Positions 18,912 to 28,112 of a DNA stretch of 64,000 nucleotides are shown in pieces (position 1 is the first letter of the stretch; each line of letters begins with the position of its first letter). The stretch is taken from contig JAAXJX010000011.1 in assembly GCA_012269595.1 (NCBI GenBank), positions 68,184 to 132,183 on the forward strand. The letters are read 5' to 3'. This stretch comes from Planctomycetia bacterium. Lineage in GTDB: Bacteria; Planctomycetota; UBA8108; UBA1146. The position numbers and the translations under genes are program-made. Below the pieces are notes generated by a model that worked only from the letters and a program-made list of their open reading frames with translations, was not told the origin of the DNA and searched no databases.

Positions 18912-19843
18912 AGTCGAAGGATCAGCCTGTTGAATTGATCGGTGTGCCACTGGATCACGGTGCAGGGCAGAGAGGGGTCGCCATGGGCCCGACAGCCTTG
19001 AGAATCGCTGGGCTGACCAAGGCATTGGAGCGACTTGAGCTGAATGTGATAGACGGAGGGGATATTGCGGTTCCCATCCCTGAGCTGGAAAAGCCGGGAG
19101 ATCCGAAAGCCCGTTACCTTGAGACGATTTCCCAGACATGCGGTCAACTGAGTGATCGCGTGAAGGGGGCACTGGACAGTGGTCGGTTGCCGCTGGTGCT
19201 GGGAGGGGATCACTCCGTTGCTGTGGGAACCATCAGTGGTGTTGCCAGTCACTACAACAGTCAAAACCCCGGTTCGATTCCAAAAATCGGTGTGCTCTGG
19301 CTGGATGCCCACGCTGACCTGAATACTCCGGACACTTCACCTACAGGTAATGTCCACGGTATGCCCCTTGCCTGTCTTCTTGGGAATGGGCCCCGCGAGT
19401 TGACCGAAGTCGGTTATGCCGGAACCAAGTTGGAACCCCACCGCATCGTGCAGGTCGGGCTCCGCGATCTGGATCCTGGGGAACGTCGGAATATCCGCGA
19501 AAACAACATTCGTGCCTACACGATGGAAGACGTTGACCGCAGGGGCTTGCCCGTGGTGTTGGAGGAAGCGATCTCTCATGCTCTTGAGGACTGCGATCAC
19601 CTTCATGTGAGTTTCGACATCGATGTCATCGATCCCAGATTTGCACCGGGTACCGGAACCGCGTTGGAGGGGGGCTTCACCTACCGGGAGGCTCATCTGG
19701 CGATGGAAATGATCGCCGAGACTGGCAAGGTTGGGTCCCTTGAACTGGTAGAGGTCAATCCCGTGCTCGATCATGGCAACAAAACCGCAGAAGTGGGCGT
19801 TGCCATCCTCGCGAGTGCGCTGGGAGAGGAAATCCTCGGATAA
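18908..19843 (+). CDS. Arginase-family ureohydrolase (likely arginase)
   Basis: Mn-binding motifs GGDHSVAVG, DAHADLNTP and SFDIDVIDP. ATGA overlap with the upstream gene. Confidence 0.88.
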   Translation: MKSKDQPVELIGVPLDHGAGQRGVAMGPTALRIAGLTKALERLELNVIDGGDIAVPIPELEKPGDPKARYLETISQTCGQLSDRVKGALDSGRLPLVLGGDHSVAVGTISGVASHYNSQNPGSIPKIGVLWLDAHADLNTPDTSPTGNVHGMPLACLLGNGPRELTEVGYAGTKLEPHRIVQVGLRDLDPGERRNIRENNIRAYTMEDVDRRGLPVVLEEAISHALEDCDHLHVSFDIDVIDPRFAPGTGTALEGGFTYREAHLAMEMIAETGKVGSLELVEVNPVLDHGNKTAEVGVAILASALGEEILG

Positions 19844-19945
19844 ACTCCCTATGGGGCTCTCTGAGGCCCTCTGTTCTCATTGTGGGATTTTTCGCCAACC
19901 TTTATGATGTGCGGCGAACAGAAGTCCCGTCAGACAGGGGGAAAG

Positions 19946-21175
19946 ATGGCGTCAGTTCCTGCAGGCAATGACATCCCGGACAGTTGGCCTCCACCACCAC
20001 CGGATAAACCAGGCAAAAGATCCGGGGGAGGCGGTGGCAAACGAAATTCAGGAGGCGGCGACTTCCAATTGCACCCTATGGCGGTTCCAGGATTTTTGCT
20101 GGCTCTGATTTTGGGGGTCTTCCTCTTTCTGGTGCTCACCGGCAGAGCGGGAATCGTCGATATTTCCGATACGGAAGTCGCGGTGATCGTCAACTACCTG
20201 ACCGGTGAAGAAGAAGTGGTCACCACTCCGGGAGTGACCTTCTTCCTGCCATGGCTCAGCGAGGCGTATGTCATGGACAAATCGCCGAATGAGTTTCAGA
20301 TGACGGGAACCAGAAACATTGATTACAACCATGTCCGTGAATTGTCCGTCAGGGCCTCGGATGGTTCCTCTTTCAAATTCAATGTGATTTCACTTCAGTA
20401 CCAGTTGATCCCCTCCGAAGCAGCGAGGGTATTACAGGACAGTGGGCCCGGTGAAGCCTTCAAGCGTAACTGGGTCAGGGCCTTCGCAAGGTCGGTCCTT
20501 CGTGACGAGTTCGGTCGCTACTCTTCCGAGGATATTGCCGACCCGAGCAACTACACCACCGCGACGAATCAATCCAAGAATCGCCTGAATGAATATCTCA
20601 GGGATCACGGCATCGAGATTCTGCAGATCATCACTCCGAAACCCAGTTTTGATATCAAGGTCGAGAATGCCATCGAGGATCGCAAAAACGCCAACCAGGA
20701 GGTGGAGCGACTGCGCATCGAGCAGGCCAAACTGATCAATGAGCTGGAGCGCAAGCTCGCGGAAACAGAGCGAACCAAGGCCTCCGAATATGAACAGGCT
20801 TTGGGAAAACTCGAAGCAGACAAGATCAATGCGGAAAAGGATCGGGTCCAGATCGAGAAATCGGCAGACGCCTACAAGATCACCCAGATCAACGCAGGCA
20901 AGGCAGAAGAGGCTCGCAAGACTCAGGAAGCACGGGCTCTGGAAAACAGTGCCCGCAAGGAAGCAGAAGGTTTGCTGGCCCGTGTCGCCGCACTGGAGCG
21001 TCAGGGTGAAGTCCTCGTCCGTGAGGAACTCTCCAGGCTCTTCCAGCGTGTGAAATTCAGTGTGGTGCCGTATCGCAGGGATTCCGCACCGGTTCGAGTG
21101 GAGCATTTGCTTCCTCCGGCGGGACAATCCGCAGGGGCTCAGGGGATTCCCGAGTTGAAGGGAGACCGTCGATGA
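19946..21175 (+). CDS. SPFH/band-7 domain protein (HflK-like) with a C-terminal coiled coil
   Basis: TM helix followed by an SPFH core (IVDISDTEVAVIVNYLTGE...TPGVTFFLPW) and a long coiled coil. Start set at the ATG with the GGGGGAAAG RBS; the ORF track starts at 19880. Confidence 0.8.
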   Translation: MASVPAGNDIPDSWPPPPPDKPGKRSGGGGGKRNSGGGDFQLHPMAVPGFLLALILGVFLFLVLTGRAGIVDISDTEVAVIVNYLTGEEEVVTTPGVTFFLPWLSEAYVMDKSPNEFQMTGTRNIDYNHVRELSVRASDGSSFKFNVISLQYQLIPSEAARVLQDSGPGEAFKRNWVRAFARSVLRDEFGRYSSEDIADPSNYTTATNQSKNRLNEYLRDHGIEILQIITPKPSFDIKVENAIEDRKNANQEVERLRIEQAKLINELERKLAETERTKASEYEQALGKLEADKINAEKDRVQIEKSADAYKITQINAGKAEEARKTQEARALENSARKEAEGLLARVAALERQGEVLVREELSRLFQRVKFSVVPYRRDSAPVRVEHLLPPAGQSAGAQGIPELKGDRR

Positions 21176-22275
21176 AGTTTCTCTCCGTAATTCTGTCGAT
21201 TTTGATTGTTGGTTTGTTTCTGCTGACCGCCGTCACCCAGAAAATTCCACCTGCTTCCATCGGTGTCAAACAAGTGGTTTTCGGACCTGGCAAGGGAGTG
21301 GTGCAGGAAGATTTTCGCACCGGGCTGGTTCTTGCCATTCCCAGTTATCATCGTTGGCACCTGTTGCCCCGCCAGACTCATTTCCTGCATTTCGTCAGTG
21401 GTGAGAAGCTGCGAGACAACCGGAATACTTCCCGGGGGATCGAGGATTGGCAGCAGCCCCTCGAGCTTCGTACCAAAGACAACAACAATGTGACCATCGA
21501 TGTTTCATTGACCTATCGAATCGTCGAAGGGTCCGGTTACAAGTTGGTGGAAGAGGGATTGCGTCTTTCTTACGTGGAGCGTGTCCGCTCGCAGGTTCTC
21601 AATGTTTTGCGGACTGAACTTGCGAAGTTGACTTCTGAAGACCTTCAGTTGACGGACAAGCGATCGGTGCAAGCGGCGGAAACCCTCACCGTTCTTCGAT
21701 CGGAACTGGCGAGTTTTCATGTCGAGCCGGAAGACCTGTTGATCCGTGCGGTAAAATTCCTTCCCGACTACGAAAGCAAACTTCAGAACAAACAGCTTTT
21801 GCGTCAGGAATCAAAACTGGAAGAGGCTTTGACCAAACAGGCTGAGGAAGATCAGAAGGTTCAGACCCAGAAGCGCCAGATTGCGGCAGCAGTCCTTGCC
21901 AAGGAGCGGGACTGGGAGAAAAGGATTCAGGAGCAGCGATCGGCATTCGAGGTGGAAATCGCCACGATCTCGTCAGAAGCCCAGCTCTACGACCGCAAAA
22001 CCCGATCTGAGGGCGATGCAGAGAGGGATATCCTGATCGCGGAAGGGGATCTGGCCATCGAAAAGTCGAAGGCCCTGCGCGACGACTTGCGAAATCAGGC
22101 TCTCGATACCACCGGGGGCCGAATCCTGCTCGCACTGGAAGCGGTCAAGAATCTGGAGATCCCGGAAGTCATTCTCAACAGTGATGATCCCTCGGTTCCG
22201 ATGCTTCTCGATATGAGTCGCATGACGAGGCTGTTGGTCGGGGAATCTCCGCCACCGCCGTCATTGACAGATTAG
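21172..22275 (+). CDS. SPFH/band-7 domain protein (HflC-like)
   Basis: N-terminal TM helix, SPFH domain and coiled coil. ATGA overlap with the upstream SPFH gene, the typical HflK/HflC-like pairing. Confidence 0.8.
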   Translation: MKFLSVILSILIVGLFLLTAVTQKIPPASIGVKQVVFGPGKGVVQEDFRTGLVLAIPSYHRWHLLPRQTHFLHFVSGEKLRDNRNTSRGIEDWQQPLELRTKDNNNVTIDVSLTYRIVEGSGYKLVEEGLRLSYVERVRSQVLNVLRTELAKLTSEDLQLTDKRSVQAAETLTVLRSELASFHVEPEDLLIRAVKFLPDYESKLQNKQLLRQESKLEEALTKQAEEDQKVQTQKRQIAAAVLAKERDWEKRIQEQRSAFEVEIATISSEAQLYDRKTRSEGDAERDILIAEGDLAIEKSKALRDDLRNQALDTTGGRILLALEAVKNLEIPEVILNSDDPSVPMLLDMSRMTRLLVGESPPPPSLTD

Positions 22276-22367
22276 GTTGACGGACTGATTCTCAGGACTG
22301 ATTCGCACGATTGATTCAGTGCGAGGCAGTTTGAAATGGAAGTAAAAAAGGAATCAAAAAAAGAAGA

Positions 22368-22408
22368 GGGAGTTGCCAGAGTCAGGACTCTGGCAACTCC
22401 CCTTTTTG
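22368..22408. terminator. Bidirectional rho-independent terminator between convergent genes
   Basis: Perfect 16-bp inverted repeat GGGAGTTGCCAGAGTC-agg-GACTCTGGCAACTCCC, flanked by a T-tract on the + strand (CTTTTTGATT) and an A-tract upstream (the T-tract for the - strand). Confidence 0.6.
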
Positions 22409-22681
22409 ATTGACGTCAGAAAGTCTGACCAGTGCGCTCACCGTTTCTCGGGGAATGCGAATGGTCGAAACTCTGGGCCAGTGTCCCATCTGTCGGGCTC
22501 TGGAGAGCCAATCGACAGGATTCTCGTCACTTTCACTGACCACGTGCTGGTCGGCATCGTGAAGGATGACCTCGATGGCATCCTCACTGTGACAGCGGCC
22601 GATCCAGGTGTTTCCATCTTTTTGGCGGACCACCACGGTGATGCCGTGGAGTTCACCCATGTGGTCATGAAACGTACCCAA
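22382..22681 (-). CDS. Hypothetical small protein (99 aa)
   Basis: Begins 4 nt after the BrxA-like gene stop, with a TTG start and no clear RBS. Its 3' end runs into the terminator stem. No recognisable domain. Confidence 0.3.
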   Translation of the reverse strand: MGTFHDHMGELHGITVVVRQKDGNTWIGRCHSEDAIEVILHDADQHVVSESDENPVDWLSRARQMGHWPRVSTIRIPRETVSALVRLSDVNQKGELPES

Positions 22682-22684
22682 GGT

Positions 22685-23113
22685 TCAGTTGGCCTTGCTG
22701 GAGCAGTGCTCTTCGTACGCCTGGACCAGATCGAAAGCAATGCTCTGAGGGTCACGGCCTTCAATCATATGGCGTGGCAGGAACCAGACCAGCTCCGAGC
22801 CCTTGAAGAGGGCCATCGATGGGCTGCTGGGGGGGACCTGTGAACAGAAGTCACGGGCTTTTTGAGTCGCTTCCACATCCTGACCGGCGAAGACGGTACC
22901 GATGCGATCCGGTTTCGTTTCGGCCTGAATCGAGAGAACAGCACCGGGGCGTGCACCACCAGCGGCACAGCCACAGACGCTGTTGATGATGACCAGTGAA
23001 GTTTCTTCAGATCCGAGGAAATCCTCTACCTCAGTAGCAGATTTCAGTTCGGTGACTCCATGGTCGGTCAGTTCCTTGCGCATGGGCGCAACCAATTCTT
23101 CAGGGTAAGGCAT
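22685..23113 (-). CDS. BrxA/YphP-family (DUF1094) thiol-disulfide oxidoreductase (bacilliredoxin-like)
   Basis: Contains the CGC-type motif INSVCGCAAGGARP characteristic of the YphP/YqiW (BrxA/B) family; 142 aa. Confidence 0.75.
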   Translation of the reverse strand: MPYPEELVAPMRKELTDHGVTELKSATEVEDFLGSEETSLVIINSVCGCAAGGARPGAVLSIQAETKPDRIGTVFAGQDVEATQKARDFCSQVPPSSPSMALFKGSELVWFLPRHMIEGRDPQSIAFDLVQAYEEHCSSKAN

Positions 23114-23221
23114 GGGCCTTCCTTCCTCAGGGGTTCAGGATCCCCGCAGGGATCTCCCCGATGCTAGCCACAGAAGGTGCTCAGGACAACCAGACCCGAC
23201 CGGGTCTCAGGATCAGGAGCA

Positions 23222-25075
23222 TCATGAACCGCCAGATGGCGGAGTCGGAGGAGTCGGTTCGACCACGTTGGAAGAACAGCATGAGCCGTCATCTTCCTGA
23301 TTGTCGGTGGTTGGAACTCCGAAGACCTGGGTCATGAATGGCCTGGGCCCTTTGCGGAAAAGACTGAGCAGGAAGAGTCCACCAAGGGCATAGAGAGCAA
23401 TTTTGGTGAGTTCGAAACCTGATTCGGAATGATCGTGCATGTGATCATGGCCCAGATGGGCGGCTGCACCGACTTCCACCGAGGGAAGAGCGGCGTCGAC
23501 CGCATATCCGCAACCGATCGCTCCAAGGCCGACGCTGACCGCAAAAAGGATGGCCGTTTTTTTGCCGTGAAGATCTGCGAGCACCCCAAAGGTGGTGGCG
23601 TTGGTGGCTGGACCAGTGAGCAGGAATGCCAGTGCTGCGCCGGGAGATGCCCCTCCTGCAATCAGGACTGCAGCCAGAGGAGTGGCACCACTGGCGCAGA
23701 CGTAGACCGGCAGGCCGAGCAGGGCAAAGGCCGGAACCTTCAGCATTTCGGGGATTTTTTCGAGGACTGAACCGTCCGCAACCAGGGGGGACAGGGCGGA
23801 AGCCAGAAACAGTCCGAGAATAATCCATGGAGCGGTGCCGTCGACCAGATCACAGAGGCCCACTTTCAATCCTGCAAAGATCCGTTTTCCGAGCGGGGCT
23901 TCCGGCTCGGAAGGCTGTTCCTTGAGAAGGTGTCCCTTGATCCTGGGCACATAATGAACTGCGAGCAGGCCTCCAAAGATGGCCAATGCTGCGGCTGCCA
24001 AAACTCTGGCCAAGGCAAAGGGGCCGTCGATCATGGTGACGGACAGGAAGACTGCATCGATTCCCAACTCGGGGGTGGCGATCAGAAGAGTGATCGCCGC
24101 AGCTGTCGGGACTCCCCGTTCAACCAGACTTCGATAGAGGGGGAGTACTCCGCAGGAACAGATCGGCAATGGCAGGGCAAACAACATGCCGCGTACAGAT
24201 TGCTGGGCATGAGAGCCTTTTCCCATCCAATCGATGGTGGTTTTGGGAAGCAGGGCATGGATCAGGCCGGCCACGGTATAGGCAAGTAACAGAGCCGGTG
24301 CGCTTTCCTGCGCCAATGCCAGAAAGTTTTCAAACAGTTGAGCGACTCCGCCATGGGCGTGATCATGACCGGATCCGATATGGGCGCTGTCGGTGACATG
24401 GGTTGCCAAAAACAACATCCCCAAGAGGGCCCCGATGGCGGAGAGAGCCGGCGTTTTTCCAGACTCCTCGATTTTTGGAGAAGCGGAATGGATCAGGACG
24501 TGGAGCAGAGATCCGCCGAGGAATGCGAGTAATCCACCCAGAGGAAAGTTTTTCAGGGCCGTTTGAATTTCCTGTCCCCCGATAAATCCACCAGCGTGGA
24601 TCAATGTTCCCAATCCTATGAGAGCCAGAGCAGGGGCTATCCCGTATTGGGGACGAACAATCCACCAAATGGCCATTCCTTCGACAAGTCGGTGAAGGAT
24701 CACTGCCAAAGCCAATCCTTCAGTCTGGGTTCCCGCGCTACCCAGAGACAGTGCGACGCCATCCAGAGTCGAGTGGATCAGGATGGCGGAGACTCCAAAC
24801 CAGGTCGCCCAATGATGGGCACTGTGAGCCATTTTGTGGTAGCGCTTCTCAATCATGCTGGGAACGAGAAGCCCCAGCAGTGCCAGTGGAATCGCCCACA
24901 GGCCGACTTCCTCCATGGAATGGGGGATCACTTCCATGAGAATCAGGCCTGTCACCGAGAGCAGGACAAAGCCATCGAGAACCGGCAGGAACAAGGGAAA
25001 CCTGCGGCCCAATGAAGCAGTGGCGGGGCCCAGAATGAAGGCCACCGTGCTCAACAAAAGAAGATTCAGATCCAA
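23222..25075 (-). CDS. Metal permease fusion: N-terminal ZIP-family domain and C-terminal COG0701/DUF318 (ArsP-like) permease
   Basis: ZIP signatures HSTLDGVALSLG and HRLVEGMAIW in the first ~230 aa. DUF318 repeat units with PLPICSCGVLP, plus His-rich loops GSGHDHAHGG and HLGHDHMHDHSESG. Confidence 0.7.
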   Translation of the reverse strand: MDLNLLLLSTVAFILGPATASLGRRFPLFLPVLDGFVLLSVTGLILMEVIPHSMEEVGLWAIPLALLGLLVPSMIEKRYHKMAHSAHHWATWFGVSAILIHSTLDGVALSLGSAGTQTEGLALAVILHRLVEGMAIWWIVRPQYGIAPALALIGLGTLIHAGGFIGGQEIQTALKNFPLGGLLAFLGGSLLHVLIHSASPKIEESGKTPALSAIGALLGMLFLATHVTDSAHIGSGHDHAHGGVAQLFENFLALAQESAPALLLAYTVAGLIHALLPKTTIDWMGKGSHAQQSVRGMLFALPLPICSCGVLPLYRSLVERGVPTAAAITLLIATPELGIDAVFLSVTMIDGPFALARVLAAAALAIFGGLLAVHYVPRIKGHLLKEQPSEPEAPLGKRIFAGLKVGLCDLVDGTAPWIILGLFLASALSPLVADGSVLEKIPEMLKVPAFALLGLPVYVCASGATPLAAVLIAGGASPGAALAFLLTGPATNATTFGVLADLHGKKTAILFAVSVGLGAIGCGYAVDAALPSVEVGAAAHLGHDHMHDHSESGFELTKIALYALGGLFLLSLFRKGPRPFMTQVFGVPTTDNQEDDGSCCSSNVVEPTPPTPPSGGS

Positions 25076-25160
25076 GAGGTTCCCTTTCGCCTATTAGAAT
25101 AACGTAAAAGCGTCATTCTTAAAGCGATCTGATCAGGTCGCGGATCCCACTCGGGCCAGA

Positions 25161-26372
25161 TCAGCCCCTGCGAATCACGTCGAGCGGTTTGGCCCCGCGG
25201 GAAACCTCAGATCTGCCTTTCAGACCGAACCATTTCTGTTCAATGGTGGCATAGAGGCGGCGGTAGTCGGTGGTGTGGATCAGGTCATCCCTGACCAATT
25301 TCCCGAGATCAGGCTGTCTGCCGGAGAAGCCTCCCTTGATATTGCCACCGAGCAACAAGTGTGGGGCGGCGGTGCCGTGGTCGGTTCCCTCACTGCCATT
25401 CTCTCTGGCACGGCGTCCAAACTCCGAGTAGGTGCTGATCAGGGTGCGATCCCATTTACCGGTGGCGATCAGTGCCTTGCGCAGGGCTGCCAAACCATCC
25501 GCCAACTCTGTCAACAGACGGGAGTGGCGATTGAGTTGGTTGTTATGCGTGTCAAAGCCGCCGATGGAGATCTTGATGACTGGGCAGGGAACTCCGGAGG
25601 TGACCATCTCTGCGGCAATCTTGCAGCGTTGGCCAAACCGGGTGCCGGGGAACCGGACTCCGTGATCCGGTGAAGCCTGAATCTTTTCTTCGATGATCCC
25701 TGCCGCTTTTTTGATGTCATCCTGAACATCGAGAAGGTGCTCCAGTGCCTTGCGAGCATCCGTACCGCGAGCGACTTCCGGAACTGCACGGGCCTGGCGT
25801 GAAAATTTTTCGGGGTCATCCATGTTGATCACTCGCAAGCCGGTTCCGTACAGAGGGCCAGCGTCACCTCCACCGATGATGATTCCTTCGGCGGCACGCT
25901 CCGGATCGGGCTGAGCCTTGAGCATTCTCGTCAGCCAGCCTTCCTGCAATTCCTCGTCGCTGTCGGAACCGGTTTCCCAGATTTCGATGGACCGGAAGTG
26001 AGACCGATTGGGATCCGGGTAGCCGAGGCCGAGTATCCAGTTGGCTTCCTCAGCCTCCCATGCCTCTGTCAGCGGTTTCAGGGAAGAATGCATTCCCTGT
26101 TTAGAATCCAACTCGATGATCTGGTTCTTTTTCAAGCCGATACGGGGTCTCAGTTCCTGATAACGCTCATCACGGAGGGGGATCACGGTATTCAAACCGT
26201 CATTTCCTCCCTGAAGCTCCACGAGTATCAGAGTCCGTTCGCGTAATCCGGGTGCGACCTTCAACTGCTTCTGTTGCGGGTCGTCAAATGCCCAGGCTTC
26301 CACTCCGGGAACCAGCCATGGAAGGCATGCTCCTCCGCTGAGATGAAGAAAGGTTCTGCGATCAAATTCCAT
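25161..26372 (-). CDS. DUF1501 domain protein (sulfatase-like, Tat signal)
   Basis: Twin-arginine signal MEFDRRTFLHLSGGA and a conserved DUF1501 core (...ISIGGFDTHNNQ...). Downstream partner of DUF1800. Confidence 0.9.
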   Translation of the reverse strand: MEFDRRTFLHLSGGACLPWLVPGVEAWAFDDPQQKQLKVAPGLRERTLILVELQGGNDGLNTVIPLRDERYQELRPRIGLKKNQIIELDSKQGMHSSLKPLTEAWEAEEANWILGLGYPDPNRSHFRSIEIWETGSDSDEELQEGWLTRMLKAQPDPERAAEGIIIGGGDAGPLYGTGLRVINMDDPEKFSRQARAVPEVARGTDARKALEHLLDVQDDIKKAAGIIEEKIQASPDHGVRFPGTRFGQRCKIAAEMVTSGVPCPVIKISIGGFDTHNNQLNRHSRLLTELADGLAALRKALIATGKWDRTLISTYSEFGRRARENGSEGTDHGTAAPHLLLGGNIKGGFSGRQPDLGKLVRDDLIHTTDYRRLYATIEQKWFGLKGRSEVSRGAKPLDVIRRG

Positions 26373-26378
26373 GGGATC

Positions 26379-27998
26379 TCATTTCAGCTGATAGGTCGGG
26401 TCGAGAATCAGTTCCTGCAGGCGTCCAAAACCGGTATCGCTCTGATCGGCATCCGTCACCGGTTGAAAAGGCAACCACGAAAGGGTCCATGCTTCTTCGT
26501 TCATCGATTTACCGTCGATGAATTGCTGGTACAGCTTTTCAACAGACTGTGCTGCAACTGGGCGATAACGGCGAATCTGTCGCCGGTTCAATCGCCTGGT
26601 CGCCCTGTTTCCTGCTGGATTCATTTCCGGTTTCATGTCCGGTGACATCTCCGGATCCATTTCCGGGTTCATTTCTGGATCCATCTCGGGTGTTTTTTCG
26701 GGATTCATCCCGGACTTGCCGACATTGGCAGAGCCTTCCCGCTTTTGCCACGTGGAAAAAATCATGGCTGTGGGGACGGCATCCTGAAGAAACTTTCGTC
26801 TCTCCAGCAAAGACGTCGTATCGATCCATGCAGTTCCACCGGGCCACCCAGCCACATTTGGCGGGTCGAAGAGAACCTGTCCCATCGCTTGAAGATTGCG
26901 GTTGAGCTGCAGCCCTGGAATCTCGCTGATTTCCAATCTTCGCAGAGAGCCCATCACCAGATCGACCGGGCTTTTGACCAGCGCTCCCCGATATTCTGAT
27001 GACCAGAATTGATCTGATTTGAAGACGTGTGACAGGAATGCTTTCAAATCCCAATCGGATCGGCGCAGCACCTTGCCCCACTTTTTGATCACATCCTGAT
27101 CGGGGGTGGGTGAGACGAATTCGAGCCAGAACCTGCGTGCAATCCACTCACCACAAGCGGGATGCTTGAGGACCAGATTGACGACGTCCAGCCCATCGAG
27201 GCGGCCTCTTTTACCCAGGACGGTTTTGACGGAAGAATCATGGAGACGGGAGACTTTGCGAACCTGACCCTGACCCTGGACTCGATATCCGGTAAAGGCA
27301 CGGGCGGCTTCCTTGACGTCCCGTTCTGTGTAATGACCTTCTCCAAGACTGAAGAGTTCGAAGAGTTCCCGGGCAAAGTTCTCATTGGGTTTGCCCTTTT
27401 TGCTCTGTTGGGTGTTGAGATAGATGGCCATGGCGTTGTCCATGGAAACAGCTCTCAAGAGATCAGCGAAGTTGTCGCTTCCATTTTTACGGAAGAGCTG
27501 ATTTTGAGCGAGCATTGCGTGCGGTGATCTGACGGTCCGCATTTCTGAAGTGAAATGCCCATGCCACATCAATACCAGGCGTTCAGTCAGGGGCGATGAA
27601 GTGGTCAGGATTTCCTGTGCCCACCAGGATCGGGCTTCCTGTTGCCAACCTCTTTGCGTTCTACCGAATGCTTGCCTGTCCTCCAGCCGAAGATCCCGAA
27701 TCTCCTGAAACGATAATCCGGTCCATTCGGGAAGGGGGGTTTGTGCTTCGGTTTCCAAGGTGCTGACCAGTTGATCGACGGCTTGATCTCTGGTCAGGGA
27801 AGCGTAGTTCTCCAGCGTTTGATGGGGGGCTCCGAAGCAGGTTCGATCGAGGAGGTGTCTCGCGTCGGCGATCCCCATCCCTTTTGGGGAATCGGTTCGA
27901 TCAACTTTTGCCTGTTGAGCGGTCGAAGGAGAATCGATGACCGGCTGAACAGCGATAAGGCTGCCAACGATGATCAGAAGGCCGGGAAGTGGACTCAT
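26379..27998 (-). CDS. DUF1800 domain protein
   Basis: Signal peptide and DUF1800 core (RHLLDRTCFGA...). Start moved to the ATG with a GGAGAG RBS; the ORF track extends to 28055. Contains an internal PEM(N/D) tandem repeat. Confidence 0.85.
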   Translation of the reverse strand: MSPLPGLLIIVGSLIAVQPVIDSPSTAQQAKVDRTDSPKGMGIADARHLLDRTCFGAPHQTLENYASLTRDQAVDQLVSTLETEAQTPLPEWTGLSFQEIRDLRLEDRQAFGRTQRGWQQEARSWWAQEILTTSSPLTERLVLMWHGHFTSEMRTVRSPHAMLAQNQLFRKNGSDNFADLLRAVSMDNAMAIYLNTQQSKKGKPNENFARELFELFSLGEGHYTERDVKEAARAFTGYRVQGQGQVRKVSRLHDSSVKTVLGKRGRLDGLDVVNLVLKHPACGEWIARRFWLEFVSPTPDQDVIKKWGKVLRRSDWDLKAFLSHVFKSDQFWSSEYRGALVKSPVDLVMGSLRRLEISEIPGLQLNRNLQAMGQVLFDPPNVAGWPGGTAWIDTTSLLERRKFLQDAVPTAMIFSTWQKREGSANVGKSGMNPEKTPEMDPEMNPEMDPEMSPDMKPEMNPAGNRATRRLNRRQIRRYRPVAAQSVEKLYQQFIDGKSMNEEAWTLSWLPFQPVTDADQSDTGFGRLQELILDPTYQLK

Positions 27999-28112
27999 GG
28001 TGTCTCTCCAATTGATCGTATCGGGCCTCAAAAGAACCGAAGCCGTCAGGGTCACAAAAGAATAACACCGAATCTGCTAAATGGTTGCACCTAATGATTA
28101 CCGCAGGGTGAC

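Noticed and set aside
17868-19172. 434-aa ORF on the - strand
   Set aside because: Antisense to the thioredoxin-like gene and the arginase gene, both with strong motifs. Pro/Arg/Gly-rich junk-like composition.
20432-21127. 231-aa - strand ORF
   Set aside because: Antisense to the SPFH/band-7 gene's coiled-coil region. The repetitive Leu/Ser-rich translation is typical of the reverse strand of Glu/Lys/Ala-rich coiled coils.
22373-22843. 156-aa + strand ORF starting inside the bidirectional terminator
   Set aside because: Overlaps the terminator hairpin and is antisense to the 3' end of the BrxA-like gene; no RBS or motif.
26617-26713. Short tandem DNA repeats considered as a possible CRISPR or mobile-element repeat
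   Set aside because: Units are 9-12 nt, in frame inside the DUF1800 CDS, with no spacers or cas genes; a coding low-complexity repeat only.
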